From assembly GCA_951406725.2 (NCBI GenBank), contig OX597831.1, positions 12,710,001-12,774,000 on the forward strand: DNA of 64,000 bases, given 5' to 3'. Origin of the DNA: Octopus vulgaris. Lineage: Eukaryota. Below, in pieces: positions 1 through 13,290 of this stretch. The position numbers and the translations under genes are program-made. Each line of letters opens with the position of its first letter. Positions within the stretch are counted from its first letter, which is position 1. Under the pieces are notes generated by a model that did not search any database, was not told the origin of the DNA, and worked only from the letters and a program-made list of their open reading frames with translations.

Positions 1-417
1 ATGCTAACAATTCTGCTAGCTTGCTGCCTTAATAATAATCCTTTCTACTATAAGCACAAAGACCTGAAATTGGGTGGTGGAGGAGGAGGAGGACCATCAC
101 CCAGTTTACTGAAAGAATGAACGGTAAAGCTGACCTTAGAGGAATTTGAACTCAGAGTGTAAAGACCAACAAAATGGTGCTAAGCATTTTGCCCAGCATG
201 CAAGCAATTCTGCCATCTCACCACTTTAATAATCCTTTCTACTGTAGGCACAAGGCCTGAAATTTGGTGAGATCTGGCCAGTTGAATAGATCGACCTAGT
301 ACACAACTGGTACTTAATTTGTCAACCTTGATGGAACTTGAACTCAGAACGTAGCGATGGGCGAAATACTACTAAGCATTTCATCCAGTGTGCTAACGAT
401 TCTGCCAGCTCACCACC

Positions 418-420
<3 letters not shown>
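1..420 (-). mobile_element. Cluster of three partial/decayed tRNA-derived SINE copies (family B)
   Basis: Repeated GAATTTGAACTCAG (reverse B-box), AAGCATTT...TGCTAAC.ATTCTGCCAGCTC and the AATCCTTTCTACTA.AGGCACAAGGCCTGAAAT tail; matches the cleaner copies at 13291 and 58598. Confidence 0.8.
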
Positions 421-468
<48 letters not shown>

Positions 469-477
469 GTAATAATA

Positions 478-850
478 ATTGATGTGGCAGAGCCAGGAGA
501 TCAACATATAAAAGGAAGAGACACTTTTGATGAATATGGAGACCTGAGAATTGAAATTACCAAGTTGTGGAAGCTATGAGACTCAAAGATTGTTCCTGTT
601 GTCATAGGAGCATTGGGTTCAATACCACTCAACTTTAAGAAACATCTGGAAACTTTAGAAATACCCTACAATCTTGGTGTATTGCAAAAATCAGCTTTAG
701 TTAGAACTGCATGCACATTGTGAAAAGTACTGTTTGTCTGAGGTCCTTATTGTGACTTGACAGACAATACAAACCCCCGGTACACCCAGTATCTTCAATC
801 TACAGCATCACAATATTGGATACTGAGCGACGACTTCAATAATAATAACA
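478..850 (+). mobile_element. 5'-truncated R4/Dong-like non-LTR retrotransposon (restriction-like endonuclease C-terminus, 3'UTR, (AAT)n tail)
   Basis: 478-741 translates IDVAEPGDQHI...EYGDLRIEITKLWKL*DSKIVPVVIGALGSIPLNFKKHLETL...LQKSALVRTACTL*KVLFV*. IDV.P / Y.DL..EI..LW / VPVVIGALG / QK.AL is the RLE-clade signature. Flanked by (TAA)n on both sides. Confidence 0.88.
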
Positions 851-1751
851 AAAGTTTTTATATATATGGTAGCAAGATGCTTAAAATATTAATTAAAATT
901 AATTAGTTTAATTATCCATTAAGGAGAAAACAAAAGATTTTGCATTCATACTAATCCTTTTTTTGCTTTGTCATGATGTAGGACAAATTCAAAAAGTTAG
1001 ACACCATCTTAATTGTATTAAACATGGCAATTTATCTGGCCCATTTTCAAACTTCTCACCCTGTCCTCAGAGGTGGAGAGGGGACTGGCCTCACCTTTGC
1101 GAAACACAGCACTAAATAAGGAGACATACCATACTGAGCAATATAGTCCTAGATATCTAAAACAGTAAAAAAAAACTCAGAAATGGCATAGCGTTGAATA
1201 CAGGTCTGCTCTAGGACTATAACGCAAGTCCTCAACTGTAAATCCCCCAACAAACATCTCATTTCTAAATTGTTGTAAGTTTAACAATGTATTAACGGTG
1301 GCCACGAGTGTGGGCTGGAAAGCTGCATACAGCTATTGAAGTTATTATATGCAGCCCCCATAATAATATTGGATTACAGTGCCTGTCTTTTCTAAAACAC
1401 TATTCTCTAGAGATGAAGAAAACATATTTATACTATGTAGCTCTCACTGTATATATAATATTTAGTTATGTTTTTTGTAAACATATGCTGCAACTCCTGA
1501 ACATGGAAGAAAATTTTACATCTCATCAAAAGACTTCTTTATACCATACTGACAAACTGAATTTGTTAACCAGATTTTATACTAACATTTATCACCTTGA
1601 AGGAAAAGGTACTATCATCTCATATATAGTCAGGGTTTAGAATTGTTAGTAACTGGAGAGAATATAAATTAAAATATTGTGTTAACATGTCCAAGATAAG
1701 GAAAACACCCCAAAAAGTGAAAAGAAAGCACCACAATTAATTTATTTCAGA

Positions 1752-1778
<27 letters not shown>

Positions 1779-1782
<4 letters not shown>

Positions 1783-1984
1783 GATGCAGCACGGACTTTG
1801 TCAGTGAACAGGTCGCGGATTTTAGCGACGAAAATATTTTGACAAATTAAACTTAAATGTTGGAGTGAATCGAACGGCTTTTGTGTGTTTCTTAAATGGC
1901 TTATAAACACCTTCCACGCTGCAATTGTTTTCATTTCAGCACACGATCTCAGATCAAATTACTTGCTATGCGAGTACATCTCCG
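1779..1984. mobile_element. Short MITE with TA target duplication inside a (TA)n tract
   Basis: TA|CAGAGATGCA ... TACATCTCCG|TA imperfect terminal inverted repeats (8/10) around a CpG-rich interior. Confidence 0.5.
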
Positions 1985-2049
1985 TAATATATATATATAT
2001 ATATATGCATGTATGTTAGCAGAATATAGTTTTGAAAATGTAAACTAAC

Positions 2050-2180
2050 CTGTAGGATGTTTGTTTTCTTATCGTAAAATGTGAAAACAAATCTGGGAGT
2101 TCATCTTCCACATCAGAAGTTCCTGCTGATGGGACATCGCTACACCCTCCAGTAAAACTATTACTCAGGGCTTCAGCCAT
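2050..2180 (-). CDS. First coding exon of an unidentified host gene (MAEALSNSFTGGCSDVPSAGTSDVEDELPDLFSHFTIRKQTSY, phase-2 end); whole exon 2050-2226
   Basis: Minus strand: acceptor ttttattttattttccag at 2227-2228, 46 nt UTR with an in-frame TAG, ACAATGG start context at 2180, 43 open codons, donor AG|gttagt at 2049. Not repeat-derived; no family recognised. Confidence 0.7.
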
Positions 2181-2906
2181 TGTAATCCTTAGCTGTGTAA
2201 ACTAGAGCCACCAGGCTATAGTAACTCTGGAAAATAAAATAAAAAGAATGTCAGTAAACGCTTAAATTGTGAAATAAATCAATGAATGTCATAATAAAAT
2301 AAAAATGGAAATAGTAGCAATGGGAATTTCCAATGTTAACTTTTGTTCAATGTTGCGGAAAGAGAAATGTCAGCTAAATGCCTTGTGACATTTCACTGCA
2401 TGTCTTTACATTCTGCGTTCAAATGCCGCTGGAGATGACTTCACCACCTCTCATTCTTCTGGAAGGTCAACAAAAAATAGTATTAGTCAAGCATTGTGGT
2501 CAATCAAAGTTACCTAACCCTTCAAACAATATATAAGATCTTATGCTTGTGTTAAAAATTAATAACTGTAGAAAACATTCATTTTAAAAGTTGCACAAAA
2601 TTATTATTACAAATGTGAAATAACTTGGTGAGAGTTCCTCTGAGGTTTCTGCAACTAAATGGATTCCATATAAATAATGAGTTTTCTCTGATAATCCTCA
2701 AGACAGTTTTCTGTATGGGTGCAGGCACTGCAGTGTGTGGTTGAAAACATTGATTCCCCACTGTATGGTTTCATGTTCAGTCCCACTGCAAGGTCCACTG
2801 GGCAAATGTCTTCTACTACAGCTCCCAGAGGGACCAAAAGCCTTTTAAGTGGATTTAGTAAATGGAAACTGAAAAAGGAAGCCCAATGTGGGTGTGTGTG
2901 TGTATG

Positions 2907-3165
2907 TCATCATCATCATCATCATCATCAACATCGTTTAACGTCAGTTTTCCATGCTGGCATGGGTTGGACAGTTTGACTGAGGTCAGGAGAGCCAGCG
3001 GCTGCACCAGGCTCCAATCTGATCAGGCAATGTTTCTGCAGCTGGGTGCTCCTCCTAATGCCAACCACTCTGAGAGTGTAGTGGGTGTCTTTTACGTGCC
3101 ACCAGCATCGGAGCCAGTCAGTAGGTACTCGCATTGGCCACATACAGATGGTGCTTTTTATGTGC
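2907..3165 (-). mobile_element. SINE family C copy with (GAT)n tail
   Basis: Reverse of GGTTGGCRTTAGGAAGGGCATCCAGCTGTAGAAAC...CCAACCCATGCYAGCATGGAAA...GTTAAACGATGATG; same as copies at 8405, 23195, 31152, 41337. Confidence 0.8.
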
Positions 3166-3200
3166 ACTATGTATTTATATATACATACATACACACACAC

Positions 3201-3267
<67 letters not shown>

Positions 3268-3825
3268 TGTATGTGTGCCTCAGTGGTAGAATGCTTGTCT
3301 GCCACATGGGCAGCTCAGATTCAGCTCCTGGCTGATGCAAGGGTATTTATTTCCAAGGTAGGGCCCCAGCAAGGCTGCAGTCTAATGATGACTGAAACAA
3401 CTAAATGACAAAAGATACACATCATTTTAATGTCCATTTTTCTATGCTTGCACAAGGCAGATAAAGTTTACCAAAACAGATTTTCTATGGCCAGATGCCC
3501 TTCCTGTTGCCACTGTCACCTATTTCAATCCAAAATAATACTGCCCAATAGACAGATACATTTTGGCAGAATATTAGAGACGAATGACACTGCTTTTATA
3601 AAAGTGGCACAAATTTACACCTAACACACGACATCAAGACACAAACACATACATTCACATATTTACATAGATACAGGCACAGGTGTGGCTGTGTGGAAAG
3701 AAGTTTCCTGCCCAGCTATATGGTTCTGGGTTCTGTGGCACTTTAGGCTAATGTCTCCTACTACAACCCTGGGCGTACCAAAGCCTTGTGAGTGGTTTTG
3801 GTAGACAGAAACTGAAAGTTCATAT

Positions 3826-4059
3826 AAGGCGGCAAGCTGGCAGAAATGTTAGCATGCCCGGCGAAATACTTAGCGGTATTTCGTTTGCCGCTACGTTCTG
3901 AGTCTAAATTCTGCTGAGGTCGACTTTGCTTTTCATCCTTTCGGGGTTGATTAAATAAGTACCAGTTATGCACTGGGGTTGATATAATCAACTTAATCCG
4001 TTTGTCTGCCATTGTTTGTCCCCTCTGTGTGTAGCCCCTTGTGGGCAGTAAAGAAATAA
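3826..4059 (+). mobile_element. Full-length family B SINE nested in a family A SINE (~3675-4290)
   Basis: AAGGCGGCAAGCTGGCAGAA head, GCTTTTCATCCTTTCGGGGTTGAT central block, GCCCCTTGTGGGCAGTAAAGAAAT tail; flanked by duplicated AGAAACTGAAAG(T/C)TCAT. Confidence 0.85.
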
Positions 4060-6149
4060 GAAACTGAAAGCTCATCATATGTGTGTGTGTGTGTGTGTGT
4101 GTGTCCTACCACTGCTTAACAACTAGTGTTAGTTTATTTACATTCCCATAACTTAGAAGCTCAATAAAAGAGACTGATAGAAAAAATACCAGGCTTAAAA
4201 TATGTACTGGGGTCAATTTGTTTGACTAAACCCTTCAAAGGTGTTTCCCCAGTATTTTTGAAGTCCAATTACTGGAAAAAATAAAAGACATATAATATAA
4301 GTGTGACATAGCGGTTAGAGTGTTGGAATCATGATCCTAAGATCATGGTTTCAATTCCTGGGCTGGGAAATGCTTAGTGTTTTTGATTAAAACATTTCAT
4401 TTCCTGTTGCTCCAGTCCACTCAGCAATGGGTAACCCTGCAATAAATAGACCAGCCTTCCAATCAGGAGCACTGTTTGCCTGCTTTCCTAACCAGAAGGG
4501 TGAAATCATTTAATACTAAAACAATGTGAAGTGCATTGTGACCAGCAATGTATGACAACATCCAATGGTCTGGTTGATACCGATACCATGATATACAATA
4601 GGCTTCTTTCAGTTTCCATCTTCCATATTCACTCAGAAACGCTCTGGTTGGCCCTACAGTTACAGTGAAAGATACCTGTCAAGTTGTAAAGCATTGAGAC
4701 TGTGCCTGAAACCATGTTTGAGTCCGTTTGTTTTGACTTTGCCTTCGGGAAATATTACCCTGCTTGGAAATAGCTAAAAGTTTGCAACAGAAAGTGCATC
4801 CAGCTATAGAAAATTGGGTTCAATGATTTCCATCTGCCCCATGCAGTCATAGAAAAAAAGACATTAAAACAATAATGATGATAATGTAATGGCTAATGAG
4901 ATCATTATCAGTACAAATTAAAATTAAAGTGAACAACAGACAAATTTTAAACCAGCACACATAAAAAAAAACCCCAACTAAATGTTGTAAACTGTGTATT
5001 CCAGTTAATTTATTGAAGGTATTTCTACATGGTGACTTGACCTGCAAGAAATTATAACCAATATTCTCTCCCAAATTCTGCCGTTTCATCTGGCAGGGAA
5101 AAGGGGAAAACTTTCATTGGTAATATAGTTCTAGATACACTATAAATGGAAAAAAAAAACGACAGGAGGGCTATTTCAGGAATGCCCTAGTTAAGTAGAG
5201 GAGTGGTTAATCAGGACTACTGACCAGGGCTAAATAGGATGGAGGGGTGGACAGGATTTTATTTTAAAGGAAATCAAATTGCCATTCAAAATATTGTAAG
5301 ATAAATTTTAATATTTACGCACAAGTTGATCAGTACTGGCAGAAACGAGACAGCTTGGCCAAAATGCCTTGGAGTTTTTAGTCAAGACTCATTTCATTCT
5401 GAGTTCAAAATCTACTGAGTTTTCAGGGTTAAGTAAAATAAAATGTTGATCAAGTTTTGAGGTGTCTAAATGTTCATTGATGTCAGTGAAACAAGGGAGG
5501 ATTAAGCATGTCATTTATACAACCGAATGTGAATTATAAAGTCATGAGATAAAATAAGAAAGTAATGTATAACGGATACATTGACACAGGAAATGTAAAA
5601 GATTAACAACTTACAAGTGTAAGCATATATGGCCATTGCAACTCAACTCTAAGCGCCCTTGCTCTGCTTATTTAGGGTCTTACATACAGCTTTCCAAACT
5701 GATCAATACAAATACTTAATTTGATGGATTTGGAAGCTGTTCAGTGTTACTGGAAATTTCAGCATCAACAGAGGTGTAACAAACTGTCTACTCACTTTGC
5801 ACTTTTGAAGATATATGAAATAAGTGATCCTTATTTGAAAAAAAGATTAGTGACAGGAAGAGCACCTGACAGTAAAACAATACCTCAATAATAAATTTGC
5901 CTGACTGATCCTAGTGTAAAGGCAATCAAGTGACTGACACCTGTCACACTCCAAGGAACTCCTGAGAAAGATCTTGCTTAATAACAAAAAACAAAAAAAT
6001 AGGCCATATTACCGAGGAGAGAGTAAATGGAGATCTGAAATGAGAAATAGACCCTAGAGGAAACAAACCACACTAAAACCTTCATATATAATAGCAACAA
6101 GTATTTTAACAGCCCACCTTAAAAGTTACCTTGGTGCAGCCCAGAAACA

Positions 6150-6680
6150 AGAAAACCCCTAAAGTACAAACGATACAAAAAGTAACAGGTGTTAATATAT
6201 GTAGGCTATAGAAGTGAAACTAGAAACAAAGACATTCCCCACATCAATGTCAAGTGTAGGAAAATGTTCTATCATCCTATAAATAAGGCATGATGTGGTA
6301 ACAAGAGTGATAGAGGAAAAAGTAAGAAAAGGAAACTCACACAAACCAATTACAGGTTAACATATTGAGACTAATGGATGCAAAGAATATTAATGGAACC
6401 TAAAAGTAAAAACAGCAACAATATTAAAACACAACTGACCTGATATTGCTGCTTGAGAACATTAAAGAAAACCATGGAATGTTATGGAAAGAGAGCAGCC
6501 CACTTAATGTAAAGGACTTATAAAAGATCAAAAAATGCAAAGTAGATATCTATAAACCACTTAGGAGCAATTTACAAATTCAGCACCTAAAACATACTTT
6601 TTGATTTATACATATTACCACTCAAGCTGCAGGATGTGTAGCAACTTGTTTGGATAAAATAATTGCTGACCTTGATTGTT
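6150..6680 (+). mobile_element. Heavily decayed RLE-clade (R2/R4-like) retrotransposon fragment
   Basis: Broken frames give CRL...DIPHINVKCRKM...RHDVV (CCHC knuckle plus RHD), then WNLKVKTATILKHN*PDI (HNRPD-like) and YKPLRSNLQ. Confidence 0.6.
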
Positions 6681-9029
6681 GAAGAAAAATCATCATCATC
6701 ATCATCGCTGTTGTCATTGTTTTAATTTCTACTTTCCAATGTTCATATGAGTTGGACAGAATTTGTTGAGGCAAACTTTTTACATCCAGTTGCCCTTCCT
6801 ATCATCCCTCATTTGTCTCCAAATTAGGTAACACTTCCCCAAGACCTGATATAATTCTCAAAGATTAGGAAAAAATAACACTGCTTCTACCATTGTGACT
6901 CTTGTTTACAAAGGGCATGTGATGTCAAGGGCACATGCACACACACACACACCAGGTGGAAAGTTGAGTTCTTGAGCAAGACACTTTGGTTCATGTTGTT
7001 CTAGTCTACACAACTTAAAGGAGGAAGGAAAGATGGCTTCACCAGCTGAGTGCAGGACAAGCCCTCTCTCTCTCTCTCTCTCTCTCTCTTTTTCTTTTTC
7101 CCTTTCTCAATCCCTCTTACCCCAACAAACTCCTTCTCATCTCACCTCACATCTAATTTAAACTATCTTTAGCTAAAAATTTCTTTCTCATTCTCTCTCT
7201 TTCTCTCTCCCTAGTAGTTACATCCTCAAAGATTTTGCTGGGTCAAAAAGGGAAAGCTGAGAAGGTATCTATGTCAGCTTACAACCACACAAACAGTTAA
7301 AACAATTAGCAGAAACAGGGTAGATGCTACCAGGTCACACTTGCTTGTCAGTGACAGCTATAGAGCTTTCACGACTAATGTCTTTTTTTTACCTTTATGA
7401 TTCATAATACTCTGTCAAATGTAATACTTATTTATTCCCATTGTTTTAAAGCAATTATGCATTACTTTAGAGCTTGGCAATTTCGACTTATTGTTTATTT
7501 TTAAAATGACATTGTAGAGTAGGTGTGAGAAGTCAGATCTGGCCAGTTGAATATGAAACAGCTAAAATATTTTGGCCTGATATGACAATTCAAATGCTTA
7601 AGACAGGGTTAGGATAGTAGGGTAAGGGACATAGATTTAGCTGGTATTTCTTGGATTTCAAGTGATCATGTGGGGGCTTCCCCGTTGGCTTGACTGTAAA
7701 ATATTGCAGTAGAAACTACAGGGAGAACATCAATGATGTGAAACAAGGGAGATTAGACATTGTAAAACTGGATTTAACAAGGGAGGTAATAAAAGGGCAA
7801 CATAAAATGTTGTAAAAGACATAAATCAGATTTTTTAAAGATGTTGTCTGTGATGGGTGGGTGATGATAAAATGATAGAATGAAGGTTTATAGAATAAGG
7901 TTTATAATTTTCAGGATTTTATCTTTCTGAGGCCATATTTTTAATGAAAAACACCTGTGTAGTTTCAACTTATTTTGAAACTAATCAAGAATTTTGAATG
8001 ATTAAATAATAAAACTGATTTTTGTGATCATAATTTGTGTCTTTTTTATCCCCCCTTCTTCTCAAGAAGACATACCTGAATAAGTTTCTTAAATAAAAAT
8101 TATGTTGGAAAATTATAATTATAATACTATCACAGTGCTAACTTGAAATACAACACGACAGGTAGGCAGACAGACATACAGACATAAATACAAATGCTTT
8201 CCCAAATAAAACTGCACTTCATTTCGGAAGCTCTGCCGAAGCTATACAGTGATACACAAGCTCTCGCGTGCACTGCATTTTATAACAGAAACAACTGTAA
8301 GCTAATGAAAGTCATTACATAATTACTTGTTCCCCTGTCAAATATATATAATCTCTTATTATGCTTTAATCTCTTATTAATGCATTTTTCTGAAATTATT
8401 GGACCCCGTGGCGGTGGCACATAAAAACTACCCACTACACTCTTAGAGTGGTTGGCATTAGGAAGGGCATCCAGTTGTAGAAACATTGCCAGATCAGATT
8501 GGAGCCTGGTGCAGCCGCTGGCTCTCCAGACCTCAGTCAAACCGTCCAACCCATGCCAGTATAGGAAACGAATGTTAAAGAATGGTGATGGTGAGTTCTA
8601 ACACCAGGCTATTAGTATTGCTATGCCAAATCAAAACATCAAAATACATGTGTGTGTAATTGGTTACTGTTTTAAGGCTGTGCTATATCCTTTCTACCTA
8701 GCATTCACACTGCACACACATCCACACAAATATATACACACATTTATACTAACATAAGAGAGCAGGTCATAAATTCAGAAATTTGGATGTTATTTCTGTC
8801 AGATGTAGCTACCACATATAGCATCATATATATACACACACACACAAGGCAAAAGAGCATGATGTGAGGGAGACTCGAGTGCTATTTCTACCAAGTCTAC
8901 TGACCATGTAGTGTCTCTCTGTTGGTTCTTATATAAAAGGTAAGTGATTTTAAATGGTTCATCCTGGGTGAGAGTTGAACCCATGGACCACAGTCAACAA
9001 AACCTAATCAGAAACATGGCAATTAAATT

Positions 9030-9357
9030 TACGAGATGTCATATGAAAATGTCCCTGTTATTTATGACATATTTCATATCAGTTATGTTCATATGAATAA
9101 AAGATTATCGTTATTAAACTTTTATTAATAAACACATATTCTAAGTTCACAACATATGCAGTTTTAATTTGCCTCTCAACTCTAACCCTAAAACAAATTG
9201 AAATGCAATAGATCGATACTAGGGTCATAATTATGGGTGGACACTAAAGAGGGAACGGTTTTGTCATCCAGCTCTGTTTACAAGTGACCCCTCATTTTAT
9301 GGGCACAGGGTATCTTTTTTCTCATAAATAACAGGGACATTTTCATATGACACCGCC
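9030..9357. mobile_element. MITE with ~30 bp TIRs
   Basis: TGTCATATGAAAATGTCCCTGTTATTTATGA near 9036 is the reverse complement of TCATAAATAACAGGGACATTTTCATATGACA near 9322-9352. Confidence 0.75.
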
Positions 9358-9359
9358 AG

Positions 9360-9599
9360 AAAATGTTGTTAACACTCTACAGCAGAAATCGTTTTCACCT
9401 CAATAGATGTCATTGATTGGTTGAAATTGCCGAAATGCAAGAAAATAAACAACAAATATCTTACAAAATACAGAATTTTCTCAAGAAAGCCAAGAGAAAA
9501 AGATGTTTTATAAACACATTCTACCAGTATACGAAGTTTAAAATTCTTTAGTTACAAAGAAATTATTTTTAAAATCTGCCGGTCAAAGCGAAAAGATCC
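9360..9599. mobile_element. One arm of the Merlin-type MITE family seen intact at 13815-14472
   Basis: AAGAAAGCCAAGAGAAAA...CACATTCTACCAGTATACGAAGTTTAAAA...GAAAAGATCC matches 14350-14472. Confidence 0.75.
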
Positions 9600-11099
9600 A
9601 GTGACTCAATAAAAAAAAAAATGGTGTCCTTGTTTCCAATATTCTATGGAAATATTAACTTACTTGGAAACAGGTGAAGGTTGGCAACAGGAAGAGCATC
9701 CTTCTGTAAAAAAATCTGCCTCAACAAGTTATGTCCAACCCATGCTAGTATGGAAAAGTAGGGGTTAAAATGATGGTCGCAAATACAGGGGGCAACCCTC
9801 TCTCAGCACACATCATAGAAATAATTAATTATAATTAATTAGAACATTCTTAAAGGAATAACTTACCTTCTACATTTCATTGCACTCAGCCCTCTAATGT
9901 GTGTGTGTGTGTGTGTGTGTGTGGTCTCATTCGATCATTTTAGCAATAATAGTACACATGTACTAAATGTATGGTTAAAAAAGGTTCACATTGTAATCAT
10001 GTGGTTTTAGGTTCAGTCCCACAACACGGCACCTTGGGTAATTGTCTCTGCTATAGCCTGGGGGTTGACCAAAGTCCTGTGGATTTTGTAAGCAGAAAGT
10101 GAAAGATGTTCCTTGTGTGTGTGTGTGTGTGTCCTGTGACTGTGTGATGGTTGTAAAGAAGAGTCACTGTCATATAAGCAGTGTCATTGATTTCCAATCT
10201 TCCCTGAAAACATGTCCGGTCATCTTGGGGGACTACTACCTTGCTTGGGAACAGTTGAGGGTTTGTGACAGGAAAGGCTTTTATCCAAAAAAAAAAAGAA
10301 AAAATCCAACTTAACGAATTCAATCTGACCCATGCAGGAATGGAAAAGCAGACGTGAAAATGATGATGATGATGATGATGATGATCCATGGGCTGATGTA
10401 GAAACAGGATTCTTGAATGGTTAAGAAATTTGCATTGAAACCACAAGGTTTTGGGTTCAACTCCAGAGGCAAATATCATGTTCTATAGCCTTGGGTTGAC
10501 CCGTTCCTTGTGAATAAAATAAGGAAGGCAAAATATATATACAGAAACCAGGATGGTGGCTTATACCTGTAATTTAAGTGGGTCATGTTTGTAGTGTTCG
10601 TGCATTATATTAAGGTCACGCGTGTCTGTGGAATACTCGGCCGATTCAGGAGTAGGTAATTCAGGTAATAGAGCAACGAAATCCTCTTCGTCGAACGACG
10701 GAGATCCTCCACCCTTTAGAGGGTGTTCTTGTTTTAGTCCATCTCAACTCTAAAGAAAACTGTTCCAACCGTGGCCATCATATCTGGAACTACATTATCC
10801 AGTGAGTCTTAAGGCAGCGAACTGGCAGAATCGTTGGCACCCTGGACAAAATGGTCAGCGACTTCAGATTTCGTCCGACTTTATGTCTTGAGTTTAAATT
10901 CCATTGAGGTCGACTTTGCCTTTTCCTTCTTCCGAGGTCGTTTGCTCTACGTATCAGTTGAAAGCTGTTGCCGATATAATCGAGAAATACCCGCCTCACG
11001 AAATTTCAGGCCTTGTGCTTATAATAGAAAGGATTATATAATGTGTCCTTCACTTTTTGAAGGTAATAAATATTTCTTTCGGTGATATAAATTGCTGCT

Positions 11100-11420
11100 A
11101 TTTCTAAAGCGAAGCGACCGCGTGGAGATGTCGTCTGCTTCGCCATGCGATACTTTAGCTCGAGTAGAGCAAGAGTTACTTCCCTTACAACTTGTCGTCT
11201 GCTAATCGCAATGTCGTCTGCCAACGATGTGAAATGGCAACATTTTTCATAAATTTCACAAATGATTATTTTTTTTATAAACAACACTTTTAAAATTCAT
11301 TGAAACAGTCGGTTATTATCGATTAAAATAAAAATGAATAAAAAAACAAAACAAACAGTGTACGAAAAATTAGCGGGAATAACGAACCTAAAACCGGCGT
11401 GGCTATGTCCACATAGCTTA
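11100..11420. promoter_or_regulatory. Candidate CpG-rich promoter/first-exon region
   Basis: Local CpG enrichment, three exact TGTCGTCTGC copies (11129, 11193, 11212), and a minus-strand donor-like gtaagg at ~11183-11188, upstream of the 2050-2226 exon. Confidence 0.35.
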
Positions 11421-12194
11421 ACAATGTCCACATAGCTTAACATAGTTCCGGGTTAAGTCCTATAGTGTTGCTATCTTGGGTAAATGTCATCTACTATAGC
11501 CCCCGGGCCAACCAAAGGTTTGTGAGTGAATTTAGTAGCAGGAAACTGTGGAAGACTATCGTGTGTGTGTGTGTGTGAGTGAGTGCGCGCGCGAAAGCGG
11601 TGATGGTTTATTTACGTTACTGCCAAATAGCGGTTCAACAAAAAGATATCAATAAAATAAGTACTAGGTTTAAATCAAAAATAGAGCATCTCAGGACTGA
11701 GCTTCGTTAATTTTCATTGTTTCTTTAATTAAATATAGTAAAATAGCATGGATAATGACAAATGGTGTGAAAAGACATTTTTCTGCTTTCCCTCGCGTTT
11801 TCCTTCTTTTTTCTTTGCTAATATAATGAAATTAAATGGTTATTTCATGGCATGTTTAGATCGTCATGAGGAAGTTTATATTTATTTTCAGTCGCTACAA
11901 AGTTAGAAAAACACTTCATGCGTGTGGATTGTTTTTTATGGACACCTGAGCAAAAGCAGTTTTAACTTCCTGCTACAGTAGTTCATGTTATAGGACTATT
12001 AAACATATGTTTTATTATTACCCACTAATACCCGCGAACGATTTAGGAACAGACAAAAAATATAATAACCACGAAAAATAAAAACTTCGTAAAAAGTTTA
12101 TTTTTTGGTATATTTATGACGAAATAAAAAAAAAAAGGCGGGATTTATAATCCACCGTTTTCTTCCTCTGGTGGTTTACGACATTGTTAAGCTA

Positions 12195-12600
12195 CGGGGG
12201 CATACCTGCACAATTCTGCCTCTCAGACTTTGTTTTCTGATAACTTGTAGGAAAATGGTTATATTTTAATGAAATTTTCTACAAATACTTTTGAGATAGT
12301 GTAGGTAACGATTATATTGGAATTTAACATGCAAAAAAAATTTTTTTAAATGGTTGGTGCCCATACATACTTTATACTTTTATTTCAAAATTTATTTTGT
12401 GGAATATGTGAGTGCACCTACCAAGATTTTTTTTTCCACATCTAATTCCGATATAATGGTAAACTACAAGAAAAAAAACAGAAAAGAATTACAACACCTG
12501 AAAGGTATTTTTAATAAATTTCATTAGAAAATAGCTATTTTTCCTAAAATTATAAGGAAACAATGTCGTGGAGAGGTTAACTTTTGTAGGTCTGCTGCAA
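12195..12600. mobile_element. Old fold-back MITE
   Basis: Left arm (TAGGAAAATGGTTATATTTTAATGAAATTT...ATTATATTGGAATTTA) is an imperfect reverse complement of the right arm (TAATTCCGATATAAT...AAATTTCATTAGAAAATAGCTATTTTTCCTA). Confidence 0.55.
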
Positions 12601-13290
12601 TGTGTTTCTAAGTATTACGATTATTTCGATATAGGAATAAAGAATAAATTTTCCTAAGTGTGTATTAGATTTTTTTTTAATTGTACTAAATACCTTACAT
12701 TTTGAAAGAATTGAATGAAGAAATTTAAGAGGTATCAAAGAAAAGTTATAAATCATGTTTTAAAAGCAGATTGGGGTTTGCCAAAATGTCGGCATCATTA
12801 CGAAAATGAAACTGGCAGCAAGTACAAGGTCGAAAAACCGGCTCGAAATAGCAGCCTAAATCTGCTTCAAATCATACACAAACGATTTGGAAGAGGAAGG
12901 ATGCATTGTATATTATTTTAATATACAATATCTGGATGAAAGAGTCATCATCACCTGAATATCTTTAATCCAGAGTTCACCTGGGGATTAAACTAATTTA
13001 ACAGATTTTATAAATGGAACACGTTCAATGAGGACTTTTTTGTTTGGTTTTTTAGTTAATAGTATTATTCTTGGATTTTTTTTTCTTTATGGATAAATGC
13101 ATAAGTGTCTTATTTGCACATTAAAATTGTAAAATATTTAACATACAGTTTGGTACAAGAGGAAACTGACCAACCCCGCAAACCATTTATTTTCTTCAAA
13201 AATAATCTCGTTTTTTTATTATTTATTACATAAAAGACCAATTTCTAAAACATTGCTAAAATATTACTAAACATCGTTGTAGTATGTATA

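Noticed and set aside
1095-1156. Possible next minus-strand exon (27 nt, 1130-1156, YLGLYCSV; phase-compatible with the 2050 exon)
   Set aside because: Splice signals are plausible, but the segment overlaps what looks like a decayed dispersed repeat (GAGCAGACCT...TATCTAGGACTA); needs RNA evidence.
1308-1640. 110-aa plus-strand ORF
   Set aside because: GTG start, AT-rich composition, no motif; antisense within a presumed intron.
5042-5089. 48-nt minus-strand exon candidate after a good pyrimidine tract
   Set aside because: Donor gtcaag is weak and there is no other support.
9867-9893. Minus-strand exon candidate with AAG|gtaagt donor
   Set aside because: The acceptor side is a (CA)n microsatellite with no pyrimidine tract.
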